From the IMG/VR virus record IMGVR_UViG_3300030332_001087, positions 1 through 25,235 of that record: DNA of 25,235 bases; one strand, written 5' to 3'. The stretch is from a virus. Lineage: Duplodnaviria > Caudoviricetes. Position 1 is the stretch's first letter. The number at the start of each line of letters is the position of its first letter. The translations under genes were made by a program, and so were the position numbers. This document shows positions 13,741-24,100 of this stretch, piece after piece. Below the pieces are notes generated by a model. The model saw only the letters and a list, made by a program, of their open reading frames with translations. It was not told where the DNA came from and ran no database searches.

Positions 13741-15289
13741 GTACAAGTTCCGACCCCACAGCGGTAAGCAGACTGATTTTTTAAAGTCCACTGCTAACTG
13801 GATATTTTATGGCGGTGCGAGGGGTGGTGGGAAATCTTTGATGCTGGCATGGAAGGCAGCCCTGATACCGAGGGCATACCACTATGAGCGTATGAGGCGC
13901 AAAATTGAGCCTGAAGAAGCGAAAAGGCTGAAAGCCAAGGGTAGGGCTGTTAAAATCGTTGTTGATGCTGTGTCTATTGATTTTCCTGATTATATCGGCA
14001 TTTTGATGCGTAGGACGTTTCCCCAGCTCGAACGGAACCTGAAGCCTGAATGCGATAAGCTGTATAAGCTCTATAACGCCAACTGGCAGGAAAGGAACAA
14101 ATGCTATGTCTTCCCTTCTGGAGCCAAGGTTTACTTGGTGCATTGTCAGGACAGAAGGGCTTTGGACAACTACATCGGTGGTAACTACAATTTCATTGGC
14201 GTGGATGAAGCGAACCAGTTCCCTGAAGACTGGATTGAAGAGCTTTCCACATCTGCACGGACGGATAACGAACTTCTCCAGCCGCAGGTATGTCTCACAT
14301 CGAATCCCGGCAATATCGGTCATATATGGCTCAAGCGGAAGTTCATTGACCGCTGCCCGCCAGTCGTTACTGGCAAGCCCAGATACAACGAAGAATTCGA
14401 TGTCTATCACCAGAACCATAAAGCTGGTGAACCCTTTGTAGACGAAGAAGGAATCAGCTACCATTTTATCCCTGCTACCGTCTTTGATAACCCCACTCTC
14501 TTAAAAAATGACCCAAATTATGTAAGAAAACTTAAAAATTTAAACCCAGTGCTTAAGGCTATGTGGCTGGAAGGGAGATGGGATGTTTTTGCTGGAACCT
14601 ATTTCGATAACTGGAACCCCATGCACCATGTGATTCCCCAGTCGCATTTCCAGTATGGCGTGCATTTCAAGAAGAATACCCACACCCTTTACAGATTCTA
14701 CGACTATGGCACAAAAGCACCGTTTGTGTGTCTGTTTGCTGCTGTAGACCGTGACCAGAATATGGTTGTATTCGATGAAATAACCGAGACTGGGCTGTCT
14801 GCATCCAAGCAGGTTAAGATGGTCAACGAGTACACATGGGAAACTTATAAGCTAAAACCAAATGATTTTGACGACGATATAGCCGACCCTGCCTACTGGA
14901 CGAAACATTCGGAAAAGGAAGGTGCGCTATACTCGCCAGCAGACTTTTATAGTGATGATGGTATATTTTTGTCGAAGGGAAACAATGACCGCAAGGCAGG
15001 AGCCAAGATTGTCTATGAAGGGCTGGAAGTGCCTGACGAAGGTGAGCCAAGGATACGATTCACAGAAAATTGTTTACAATGTATTGAAACATTTCCTAAT
15101 TTACCATCGGCAGAAAACGACCCCGAAGATATTGATACCAAAGCCGATGACCATCACTACGATGCACTCCGGTACGGTTCATTAAAGGTTCTGCCAAGCC
15201 TTGCTATCTATGAAAAACGAAAAAAAGGGTGGCGGTATCGGATTGGTGAAGATAAGTCCGGTGGCAGCACAAGTTGGAAAACAGCATAA
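13730..15289 (+). CDS. terL: Terminase large subunit
   Basis: Walker A YGGARGGGKS, Walker B FIGVDEA, LTSNP, nuclease FYDYG...DDHHYDALRY; likely GTG start at 13730 (ORF track starts at 13673). Confidence 0.95.
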   Translation: MISKYKFRPHSGKQTDFLKSTANWIFYGGARGGGKSLMLAWKAALIPRAYHYERMRRKIEPEEAKRLKAKGRAVKIVVDAVSIDFPDYIGILMRRTFPQLERNLKPECDKLYKLYNANWQERNKCYVFPSGAKVYLVHCQDRRALDNYIGGNYNFIGVDEANQFPEDWIEELSTSARTDNELLQPQVCLTSNPGNIGHIWLKRKFIDRCPPVVTGKPRYNEEFDVYHQNHKAGEPFVDEEGISYHFIPATVFDNPTLLKNDPNYVRKLKNLNPVLKAMWLEGRWDVFAGTYFDNWNPMHHVIPQSHFQYGVHFKKNTHTLYRFYDYGTKAPFVCLFAAVDRDQNMVVFDEITETGLSASKQVKMVNEYTWETYKLKPNDFDDDIADPAYWTKHSEKEGALYSPADFYSDDGIFLSKGNNDRKAGAKIVYEGLEVPDEGEPRIRFTENCLQCIETFPNLPSAENDPEDIDTKADDHHYDALRYGSLKVLPSLAIYEKRKKGWRYRIGEDKSGGSTSWKTA

Positions 15290-17223
15290 TGGCTAAAGAT
15301 TCATACAGCAACGATTCACCTTCCGGGTCACAATATGCGGCAGGAGTCCTGTCCAAACAGGCTGATAAGGTCTTAAAATGCTGGAAATACAGCCGGGACT
15401 CATTCGAGAATGCGAGGGAAGAATCCGAGAAAGCGGTGCGGTATATGAATGGCGATACATTTACGTCTGACGAAAGAACCAATGCTACCAAGTATAAGAA
15501 GCCGCTGCTTAAGTATAATATTATCACACCCATAATCAGCACCCTTGTGGGGAATGAACAACTCAACCGCAAGACAGCAAAATTTAAGCCCACTACCATC
15601 GAGTCTGTCGGTGTGAGCGATATCCTGCAGGGCAGATGGAACGCAATCAACGACGAGCAGGACTTGGAAGATAAGCTGCAAACCGCATTTATTGACGCTC
15701 TTTCAACGAAACTTGGCGGCTGGATTCAGCGGAGCTGGGAAGTGAACGAAGAAGGGTATCTGGATTTTAAGTACGATGTATTGAATAATTTCCGTGTGTA
15801 TGTAGACCCGGAGACACGGGCAAACGACTATGACTTGAAACACTGCCGTTGGCTGGTCAAGGAAGGCTGGGAGCCGCTGGATGTTATATCAGAAAAATAC
15901 AGCATTGACCCCTACGATGTGAAAGTGGAACGGTCAAAGGCGTGGTATCAGACACTCTCTGAAACAATCCGTCGCATGACCGATAAGACCTACTCATCCA
16001 ATCTGGAGAACTATGACAAGATAAATGACCGCTATCGGGTGCTTGAGATGCAGGAACGGGTTACCACCAAAATGGTGAATGTATTCGATGGTAATGATTA
16101 CATGATTCTTCCGAGAAACGAGTACCGTAAGCTGAGAAAAGAGAATCCCAGCCTGATGATGGTCAATGAGTTCAATAAAGACCAGATTCATGTGACAACA
16201 ATTATACCCTATTTCAAGAACCTTATCGTCAAGGACGACGATATGGAACAGCCCACATCAAATTTTGACTGCTTCCCGGTCTGGAGCTACAACTACAACG
16301 TCCAGATAAACGAACAAACATCGCTTGTTGACCACCTGCTTGACATTCAGGACGATGTCAATAAGGCTAAATCTCAGGTCAGGGACTATGTGACCCAGAT
16401 ACTCTCAGGCGGTGTATTTATTGATAAGCGTGAGAAAGAAACAATAAAAGCTCTCAAGGAGAAAGGCAATCAGCCTAACATGGTTTATGAACTGAACAAC
16501 CCTTCCATAGTACCCCAGAGACTTTCTCCTTCATCACTGCCGCCAGATATCATGCTAAATGCTGAGAACAGCGTTGCATTCGCACAGCGTGTTTCGCTCG
16601 TTTCTGAAGCTATGAAAGGTGAGACTGCCCGCAGTGGGGAGTCTGGGGTTCTTTTCGAGCAGAAAGTACAGCGTGCTGCAGCAGCCATTAATCCCTACTT
16701 TAAAAATTTAAGCCGACTGAGAAAGGTGCTTGCCAAGGATTTTGTAGACAATTTCAGCCATGTATACTCCGAGATGGACAGGGTCATACGGGTCAAGGAA
16801 AACGATGTATTTGCTGAAACGATTATGAATTTAAGCGTTGGCGCACAGGTCTTCAACGATGTGAGAAATCCATCGCTCTATGTAGAGCTTGATGAAGGTG
16901 AAAGCAATATCACCCAGAAGGAAGAGAACTTCAACCGTATGGTAGCCCTCGCTAATTTGATAGGCTCCATCAACCCGCAGCTCGTGGATATCAGGACACT
17001 TGTGGAGAATGCCCCCATCTCAGGCTCAGACAAATTTGTGGAATATATCGACCAGACTATGCAAATGCAGTCAGAAGCGGCACAGCGTCAGTCGGAACTG
17101 GATTCAACCAAACAAACATTGGACAACATGAAAACCGAGCGTGGCATGGTGACCGATGAAGAGAAACTAAGGCTGGAAGCCCAGAAGATTGGGCAGGACA
17201 GGGCAAAACAGGGAGCTGAATAA
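15289..17223 (+). CDS. Portal protein (P22-like)
   Basis: ~644 aa directly after terL; KPLLKYNII.PII..LVG, LVDHLLDIQDDVNK, SGESG, coiled C-terminus; TAATG coupling. Confidence 0.85.
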   Translation: MAKDSYSNDSPSGSQYAAGVLSKQADKVLKCWKYSRDSFENAREESEKAVRYMNGDTFTSDERTNATKYKKPLLKYNIITPIISTLVGNEQLNRKTAKFKPTTIESVGVSDILQGRWNAINDEQDLEDKLQTAFIDALSTKLGGWIQRSWEVNEEGYLDFKYDVLNNFRVYVDPETRANDYDLKHCRWLVKEGWEPLDVISEKYSIDPYDVKVERSKAWYQTLSETIRRMTDKTYSSNLENYDKINDRYRVLEMQERVTTKMVNVFDGNDYMILPRNEYRKLRKENPSLMMVNEFNKDQIHVTTIIPYFKNLIVKDDDMEQPTSNFDCFPVWSYNYNVQINEQTSLVDHLLDIQDDVNKAKSQVRDYVTQILSGGVFIDKREKETIKALKEKGNQPNMVYELNNPSIVPQRLSPSSLPPDIMLNAENSVAFAQRVSLVSEAMKGETARSGESGVLFEQKVQRAAAAINPYFKNLSRLRKVLAKDFVDNFSHVYSEMDRVIRVKENDVFAETIMNLSVGAQVFNDVRNPSLYVELDEGESNITQKEENFNRMVALANLIGSINPQLVDIRTLVENAPISGSDKFVEYIDQTMQMQSEAAQRQSELDSTKQTLDNMKTERGMVTDEEKLRLEAQKIGQDRAKQGAE

Positions 17224-17393
17224 TGGCTGGTAGATACGAAAAGTACGCCAAGAAAAAGAAAAAGAAAAAACAGACCGCAAGAGAAAGTATGCCGCATGGT
17301 ATGTATAAGGTTAAAGTAAAAAAGACAAGAGAAGAAAAATCCCCTAAATACAAAAAATATAAAAAAGTAAAATTACTTAGAAAAAAATCATAA
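17223..17393 (+). CDS. 56 aa highly basic protein
   Basis: Not in the ORF track; TAATG-coupled to portal; MAGRYEKYAKKKKKKKQ...; 21 K and 4 R. Confidence 0.65.
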   Translation: MAGRYEKYAKKKKKKKQTARESMPHGMYKVKVKKTREEKSPKYKKYKKVKLLRKKS

Positions 17394-17398
17394 GTGAA

Positions 17399-17722
17399 GT
17401 GGGTGAAAAAGTTAAAACAGCACGAAGTTATAATAGCACTATTATTGACGATAATGCTGTTATTAGCCTTAACCTCAAATGGCTGGGTCAGTTATGCGTT
17501 TTGGTCGGTATGCTTGTTTATGGGTATTGGCGTGTGGAAAGCAGACTTGGTGAACTTGAAGATAAGATGCTTGATGCTAATGAGCAGATTGGGGATTTAC
17601 TTGATAAACATATCGTGGATGAACGGATTGAACGAGAAGAGCTGGCAGAGAAGGTGAATTTCTACGAAAAAGAATTTAATATTAACCCACTCAGTTGGGG
17701 AAAACGGAAGAAAAAGAAATAA
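17399..17722 (+). CDS. Single-TM plus coiled-coil membrane protein
   Basis: WLGQLCVLVGMLVYGYW helix, coiled coil and KRKKKK tail; GTG start. Confidence 0.6.
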   Translation: MGEKVKTARSYNSTIIDDNAVISLNLKWLGQLCVLVGMLVYGYWRVESRLGELEDKMLDANEQIGDLLDKHIVDERIEREELAEKVNFYEKEFNINPLSWGKRKKKK

Positions 17723-17895
17723 TGCCTTTTAATGATATTATAGATATACCTATTATTCGACCTGAAAAAGTTGTTGAAAATGAATACGAGGGTAGAATAC
17801 CGTATACAAAGAAAGATGCATTGCGAAATGTATTCAGAGCAAAGAGAAGTAATATAATCAACAAAGGAAAACAAAATGGCAGAAACCCAAAATAG
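17722..17895 (+). CDS. Hypothetical protein (57 aa)
   Basis: TAATG-coupled start at 17722. Confidence 0.55.
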   Translation: MPFNDIIDIPIIRPEKVVENEYEGRIPYTKKDALRNVFRAKRSNIINKGKQNGRNPK

Positions 17896-18847
17896 CGAAG
17901 TGCAGACAGATACTGCTCTTACACAAGAGCTTCAGCAACTTGAAAATAAATTTGAACCGAAGACAGAAGAACAGGAAGCTAAAGAGCCTACTGTAAATCT
18001 TATTGAAAAAGACGGTGAGCTGTATATAAACAGCGAATCGGATGAAGCGGTAGCCGACGCAGACCATGAAAGTGGAGAATCGAGTCAGGAAACTGCAGAG
18101 TCAGATGAGTACACCACCGATGGAAATGAACCATCACCGTTCCACGACAAGTCGAAGGATGACCTTGTCAATATGGTTGTGACTGCCCAAAAAATGATTG
18201 GGGAACAGTCCAACGAAATTGGCGAACTTCGCAAGCTAACGGCAGAAGACGAGGATTTGTCTGAAACCGAGCTTTTGGAACGACTCTCTGCGAACGATGT
18301 TCAGGAAGCCCTTTCTACGGAAAAGGCTAAATTGGATGAAATCGACCCTTATGATGCTGATGCTGTTTCTGAACAGCGCAGCCTTATTCGGGAGATGGAA
18401 AACGACCTGATTAACAAACGGACGCAGGAACATCTCGAATCACGGCTGAATGGTCGTGATAATGAAGCGTTTGTTTCTACAATGAAACAACGCCTTAACG
18501 ACGATGGGATTGAGGTATCTGATGATGAGTTCAATGCTGTCAATGAGCGAGCGAAGGGATACACTGAAAATGGGCTGTTAACCGAGAGAGCCTACCACAA
18601 AGCCATGATTGATGAATTTGGGGTAGACAAGGTAGCAAAAAACTACCAGATGTCAGGAGAGCGTAAAGCCAGACAAGACATTCAAAATGCTTCAGCCAAG
18701 CAAGTTGAAAAGGTCGATGTTCGTGGTACAGGCAAGAACGCTAAACTTATTCGTGTTGCTGATATGAATAAGAAAGAACTCCGCAGCACTCTCGACAATC
18801 TTTCAGTGGATGAACTTCAGAAGCTCTATGGACGGCTTAATAGTTAA
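17876..18847 (+). CDS. Putative capsid scaffolding protein
   Basis: Very acidic, helical, immediately upstream of the major capsid gene. Confidence 0.7.
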   Translation: MAETQNSEVQTDTALTQELQQLENKFEPKTEEQEAKEPTVNLIEKDGELYINSESDEAVADADHESGESSQETAESDEYTTDGNEPSPFHDKSKDDLVNMVVTAQKMIGEQSNEIGELRKLTAEDEDLSETELLERLSANDVQEALSTEKAKLDEIDPYDADAVSEQRSLIREMENDLINKRTQEHLESRLNGRDNEAFVSTMKQRLNDDGIEVSDDEFNAVNERAKGYTENGLLTERAYHKAMIDEFGVDKVAKNYQMSGERKARQDIQNASAKQVEKVDVRGTGKNAKLIRVADMNKKELRSTLDNLSVDELQKLYGRLNS

Positions 18848-18870
18848 CTAAAAACACAGGAGATTAACAA

Positions 18871-20145
18871 ATGGAATCCTCACAAACTTGGATTGCAAAT
18901 GTTGAAATTCTAAACTCTCTGCTCCGCAAAGAAAGTTGGTATAATACTTTTTGGGCTAAGTTCTCCGGTAATGTGGATATCTCACAGGACGATAACGGCA
19001 ACGCTGTTTACACTCCTTCTGGGAATCCCATTGAAGTCCTGAACGACTATGTCGCTCAGGGTCGGGACAATATGCTCATTCCTTTCCTTTCTGACCTGTC
19101 GGGTGCGCCAGTCTATGGTGACACGACACTGAAAGGTACAGGCGAAGACCAAACTATGAAGTGGCTGCGTGCGTACTGTAATCAGTATCGTAAGGCAGTT
19201 ATGAAAAAGTCTGGTTCTATGAGTGAGCAACGCCAGAAAGTGTTTAAACTGATGGACGAAGCGAGACCGCAACTTGCACGATGGTTTACTAAATGGGAAA
19301 ATCAGGCAGTATTTCAAGCCTTCTATGAAGGTGTATCGCCTAATCTTTCTACTGGTACTACATCCGATGGTTTAGGTCTTGTACGCAGGTATCATCCAAA
19401 CTGGTACATCAACGACGGTGCTGTATTAACAACCGTCGGTGCTGAAAAAACTACTAAGATTAATTCAGTCCTTGATGCTGCGATTGGTATGACTGCTGCC
19501 GCAGATGCTACTTGTGATACGGCTATGACTGCTGATATTTTACGGGAACTGCGTGTTAAATGTATGTCTCTTAAAATTCCTCAGATGGAAACTGCTGATG
19601 GTAACAAGTTCTGGTGCATTGTTATGCATCCAGCACAGCTTGCTTCACTGCAAACTGATACTGACTACGAACAAGCACAGCGATTTGGCTATATGGGTTC
19701 AGGCGGTTCTAAAATGCCTCAACTCACTGGAATGGCTGGATACTATGCTGGTTTCTGTATCTTTGAAGATATTGTCGGAATCCGTGAATGGGACGAAGCT
19801 GGTTACTTTTTTGGTGCTACCGTTGCGAAACGGTTTGACGACTCTGCCGTAACATTGGCATCTGGAACCACAAGGGTTCGTAATGCTATTGTATTCGGTA
19901 AAGGCGCAATGGGTAAAGCTGTTGCTGATGACCTTCACTTCACTTCTGAAGTGGATGACCATGCCAACACCATCGAACTCGGTGGTGCGGTAATCAACGG
20001 CTATAACCGTGCTGACTTTTTTGCTGAGGATGATGCTCTTGAATCAAGTGGCGATGCGTTCTATAAGAACCAATCTGCCGCTGCTGATGCAGCCGCATTG
20101 TCTTGTGTTAACCAAAGTTCCCTTATTTTGGGGACTCTTGATTAA
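18871..20145 (+). CDS. Major capsid protein (N4-gp56/DUF4043-like)
   Basis: 424 aa; GDTTLKGTGED...NQYRKAV and IVMHPAQLASL; strong AGGAG RBS; position after scaffold. Confidence 0.8.
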   Translation: MESSQTWIANVEILNSLLRKESWYNTFWAKFSGNVDISQDDNGNAVYTPSGNPIEVLNDYVAQGRDNMLIPFLSDLSGAPVYGDTTLKGTGEDQTMKWLRAYCNQYRKAVMKKSGSMSEQRQKVFKLMDEARPQLARWFTKWENQAVFQAFYEGVSPNLSTGTTSDGLGLVRRYHPNWYINDGAVLTTVGAEKTTKINSVLDAAIGMTAAADATCDTAMTADILRELRVKCMSLKIPQMETADGNKFWCIVMHPAQLASLQTDTDYEQAQRFGYMGSGGSKMPQLTGMAGYYAGFCIFEDIVGIREWDEAGYFFGATVAKRFDDSAVTLASGTTRVRNAIVFGKGAMGKAVADDLHFTSEVDDHANTIELGGAVINGYNRADFFAEDDALESSGDAFYKNQSAAADAAALSCVNQSSLILGTLD

Positions 20146-20158
20146 TAGGAGATAAATA

Positions 20159-20683
20159 ATGGCTAAAAGTTCACAGATGTTTCAAAATGCATACGGTGAT
20201 GAGACTATTTACATCACTTCATCTGATAATTACGACTACAGTCAAGAATCTTGGCGTGGTGGAGATAAGAATATTCTGGTAAATGTTGCAATGGCAAGTG
20301 CTAAGTACATACGGCTTCCTGAAGCAACGACATCGAATAAAGGTTTACACATCAAAGTCATCTATGGGCTGGCTCCCTCAGCAGCTACATATGTTGGTTT
20401 TGTAACAAGTGTAATCGTCGGTGGAGCAACTTCAATATCTGACGCTACTGAAGGTGCTTGTACTGCTGCCCCAGCACTTAAATCAAGTGCTTCAGGCACT
20501 TCTAACCTTCGAGTAGAACTGGATGTTGACGCTGCTGCTAAAGCAGGCGGTCACCCCGGTACTGTACTGGAATTTTGGTATCCCGGTGTAGCAAATGTTG
20601 TAATGTATCGTGGTTCACTAATTGGTGATGTCGATACTCCAACATTAGCAAGCCACTTTTCAACTACTGCAGTTAATGCGTAA
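20159..20683 (+). CDS. Putative capsid decoration or minor virion protein
   Basis: Ala/Gly/Thr-rich, IRLPEAT..NKGL motif, AGGAG RBS, follows the capsid gene. Confidence 0.55.
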   Translation: MAKSSQMFQNAYGDETIYITSSDNYDYSQESWRGGDKNILVNVAMASAKYIRLPEATTSNKGLHIKVIYGLAPSAATYVGFVTSVIVGGATSISDATEGACTAAPALKSSASGTSNLRVELDVDAAAKAGGHPGTVLEFWYPGVANVVMYRGSLIGDVDTPTLASHFSTTAVNA

Positions 20684-20758
20684 TTTCGATAATCTGAAAC
20701 TGGGGAGGTAATAGCCCCATATAAGGATTGACTCAAACATTTTGTGTTGAGTATGTTA

Positions 20759-20780
20759 AGGGGGGCTTTTTAGCCCCCCT
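20759..20780 (+). terminator. GC-rich hairpin (weak terminator or stability element)
   Basis: AGGGGGGCT-TTTT-AGCCCCCCT 9 bp stem; poor U-tract. Confidence 0.45.
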
Positions 20781-20842
20781 AATCATTTAACAGAGTGTTC
20801 ACGGTCTACCAGACCTTTAAACTCGACTCAAGGAGTGAATAA

Positions 20843-21178
20843 ATGGCAAATATAAATAAATCCCCCAAGCTACATAATTATTCTGTTCAAGAAAATCTTT
20901 CTGCCAGTTTTACTGTAGAATATATTACATCAGCAGATGCAACACCTTCTGGTACATTTGCAACAGGGGCTAATGGTGTCCCAAGAGGTGTGGTGGTTGC
21001 TGCAGAAATCGGTGGTAGTGGAGACCTTACCATAACATTTGGTGATGATTCTACATCAACAATGACAAACGCTCAGGCAAAAAATATTTTTTTAAAAGGT
21101 GCAATTCTTCCATTGGCAATCAAAAAGTGGCAGTTTGATTCTGCTGAGACTGCCTTTGCTTTAATGGCAATGTTCTAA
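20843..21178 (+). CDS. Putative virion structural protein
   Basis: 111 aa, AAGGAG RBS, in the structural module. Confidence 0.6.
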   Translation: MANINKSPKLHNYSVQENLSASFTVEYITSADATPSGTFATGANGVPRGVVVAAEIGGSGDLTITFGDDSTSTMTNAQAKNIFLKGAILPLAIKKWQFDSAETAFALMAMF

Positions 21179-21188
21179 GGAGTAGATT

Positions 21189-24100
21189 ATGAAATTCGTA
21201 AGTGCGGCACATTTAACTGGTGGCGGTACAATAGGTGGCGACCTGACCATTTCAGGTGATTTAACTGTATCTGGTAGTGGAGGTTACGCATATTCAGAAG
21301 TCATAACTGGAGATATGGCAATTTCATCAGCGGCTACTTCTGATATTATTACAATTACTGCACATACAGCAGATGTTAATGCCTCAAATCTTACTTTACA
21401 AAAAAGTAGGCACGCTGATGTTGGGGGGCAAACTGTTGTACAGGATAATGATAGTGTAGGTGCTGTTAATTTTAAGGGTAATGACGGGGATGCTTATATT
21501 GAAACTGCAAGAATTAAAGCAAAGATAGATGGAACTGTAGGTAATAATAGTATGCCGGGAGAACTCGGATTTTTTACAACTGCCGCCAGTGGGTCTTCTG
21601 CAACAGAAAGAATGACTATTAAATCCGCAGGCAATGTGGGAATTGGAACTGCGTCTCCAAGTGATTATTATGAGGACTATGATGATTTTGTAATTAAGGG
21701 TTCTGCACATACAGGAATGACAATAGTTGGTGGTACTTCACATCGCACTTCAATTGCTTTCTCCGATGGTACGTCAGGCGGTGCAAGATATGAGTCTGAA
21801 CTTATATATAATCATAGCACTAATGTATTTAGTATTGGAACGGCAGGGTCTGGTCGTTTATTTGTCGATTATTCAGGCAATGTGGGAATTGGATTGGCTC
21901 CTGCTGTTAGTGGTACTCCATCATTATGTATTGAAGGTACGGCTCCTGTTTTTACTCTGAGAGATTCATCATCTTCTGCTCAAGCTACTCAGTTTTTTAG
22001 AACTCATTTAGATGCTGGTATTGTTTATAATATGTATGATGATGGTGGAACTTATAGAATTGGACACGCTGATGATGTAGATGGAGTGAATTACGCATCA
22101 AATTTTGTTCTCGATGTCAACTCCCGAATCTCTCTGTCGAATAATGATAGTAGTGGTGGAGCATCTACTACTATATTTGGGTATCAGGCTGGTAATGCGA
22201 TAGCAAGCGGTGGGGCATACAACACTATTATGGGGCATAATGCGGCTCTGTTATTGTCTACTGGGGAGAAAAATTGTGTATTTGGATATACAGCTTTAGA
22301 CGGAGCTTCAACTGAAGCAGATGATAATGTCGCAATAGGCTATAATGCTATGGGTGGTGATATTGGAACAGAACAAGTAAATGACTGTGTTGCTATTGGT
22401 AGTGGTGCTTTAGCTGGTGCATTAGATAGTACAAATGGAGAAGATGAGGCTTCTGGTACAGTAGCTATTGGAAAAACTGCTCTAAGTGTACTTACTACGG
22501 GGTATGGTAATATTGCTGTAGGATTTCGTTCCTTGGCAAATATTACAACTGGAACTCACAATCTTATGATTGGTGTTGATGCCGCTATAGCTGCTAATGA
22601 TACCGATTTCAGTTATAATGTCGGTGTTGGTAATTATGTTTTTGATGGAGCTTTGTCAGGTGTTGATGCTCAATATAATGTTGCGGTTGGTCATGCGGCA
22701 ATGTCTGATGCATTAACTAACACGGCTCACGAGAATACGGCAGTGGGTTATAATGCATTATTGACTCTTGCCTCAGGGGAAAGTAATACTTGTATTGGCT
22801 CAACTTCCGGTGACGCAATTGTATCGGGGTCAAATAATACAGCCGTTGGAAAAGCGGCTCTCACAACTTCTAATGGCGACCACAATAATGTCGCTATTGG
22901 TTTTGATGCTTCAAATTCAACATGGGGTTCAAGTAATGTATCTATAGGTAAAGATGCTCTTAAAGGAGCGACATTTACTGAAGGTGGTGGCTCATACAAT
23001 GACGACCCAACTATTACTCATACCTCTGATGCAAGAATAATTGCAGGGTTGGGTGTTACTGGGACTGGAATACCAGATGGTGCTTATATATCTTCTATTA
23101 CCGATGGCACTCATTTTGAATTAAGTGCTTCTACTACTGGAGGCTCTCTATCCAGTCAAACTCTTACATTTTATAGTCGGTCAGAAGGCACAGTAGCTAT
23201 TGGGGCAGATGCTCTCACAGCACTCACAACTGGTGCTAAGAATACGGCTGTGGGTTATTCGGCTTTATCGGGATTAACAACTGGAGCAAATAATATCGCA
23301 ATAGGATATGAAGCCGCTGATGCTATGGTTGGTGGTGAAACAGACAATATCGCTATTGGCTATGGTGCAATGGGGGCGATGGATGAAGATAATGAATCCA
23401 TTGATAATAATATCGCCATTGGTACTGATGCTATGAAGGGTGGTGATTTAGCAGATACAAGTAGGGATTATGAAAATAATATTGCTATTGGCTATCAATC
23501 AATGGATGGAACTGGTGTTGTTGGAGGTTCAGACAATGTATTTATAGGTCTTGCGTCTGGTGGTGGCACATGGACAGGTGCGGCTTCCTATTACAATGTA
23601 GGCATTGGAAATAGCGTAATGGATGCCGCTATGGCTGGGGCATTGCATAATGTTGCTGTAGGCTATAATGCTTTAACTGCTCTCACATCGGGTGACTCAA
23701 ACGTCTGTGTGGGTAGTAGTGCCGGGGTATCAATTAGTACGGCTATTGAGAATGTTGCTATCGGACAAAATGCGTTGGCTACATCCGCAAGTGGACATTA
23801 TAATGTTGCTGTTGGATATTATGCATTGGCAAGTATAGGAGGACCAAGTAATACAGCTATCGGGTATCAATCTCTTAGAGCACTTAGTTCTGGAGCAAAT
23901 AATATAGCAGTTGGAAAGAATTCGGCTTTTTATTATGGAAGTGGTACAAGTAATCAACTCGCTACTTCATCCAGCGGTGTTTATCTTGGTGATGATTGTC
24001 GTGCCAATGCAGATAGTATGACAAACGAAATTGTTATTGGTACTAATGCTATTGGTAACGGTTCAAACACAGCTACAATCGGTGATGATGGCGTAACTGA

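Noticed and set aside
13781-14464. 227 aa antisense ORF and other overlapping or opposite-strand ORFs in the track
   Set aside because: Shadow frames of well-supported genes with no RBS or motifs
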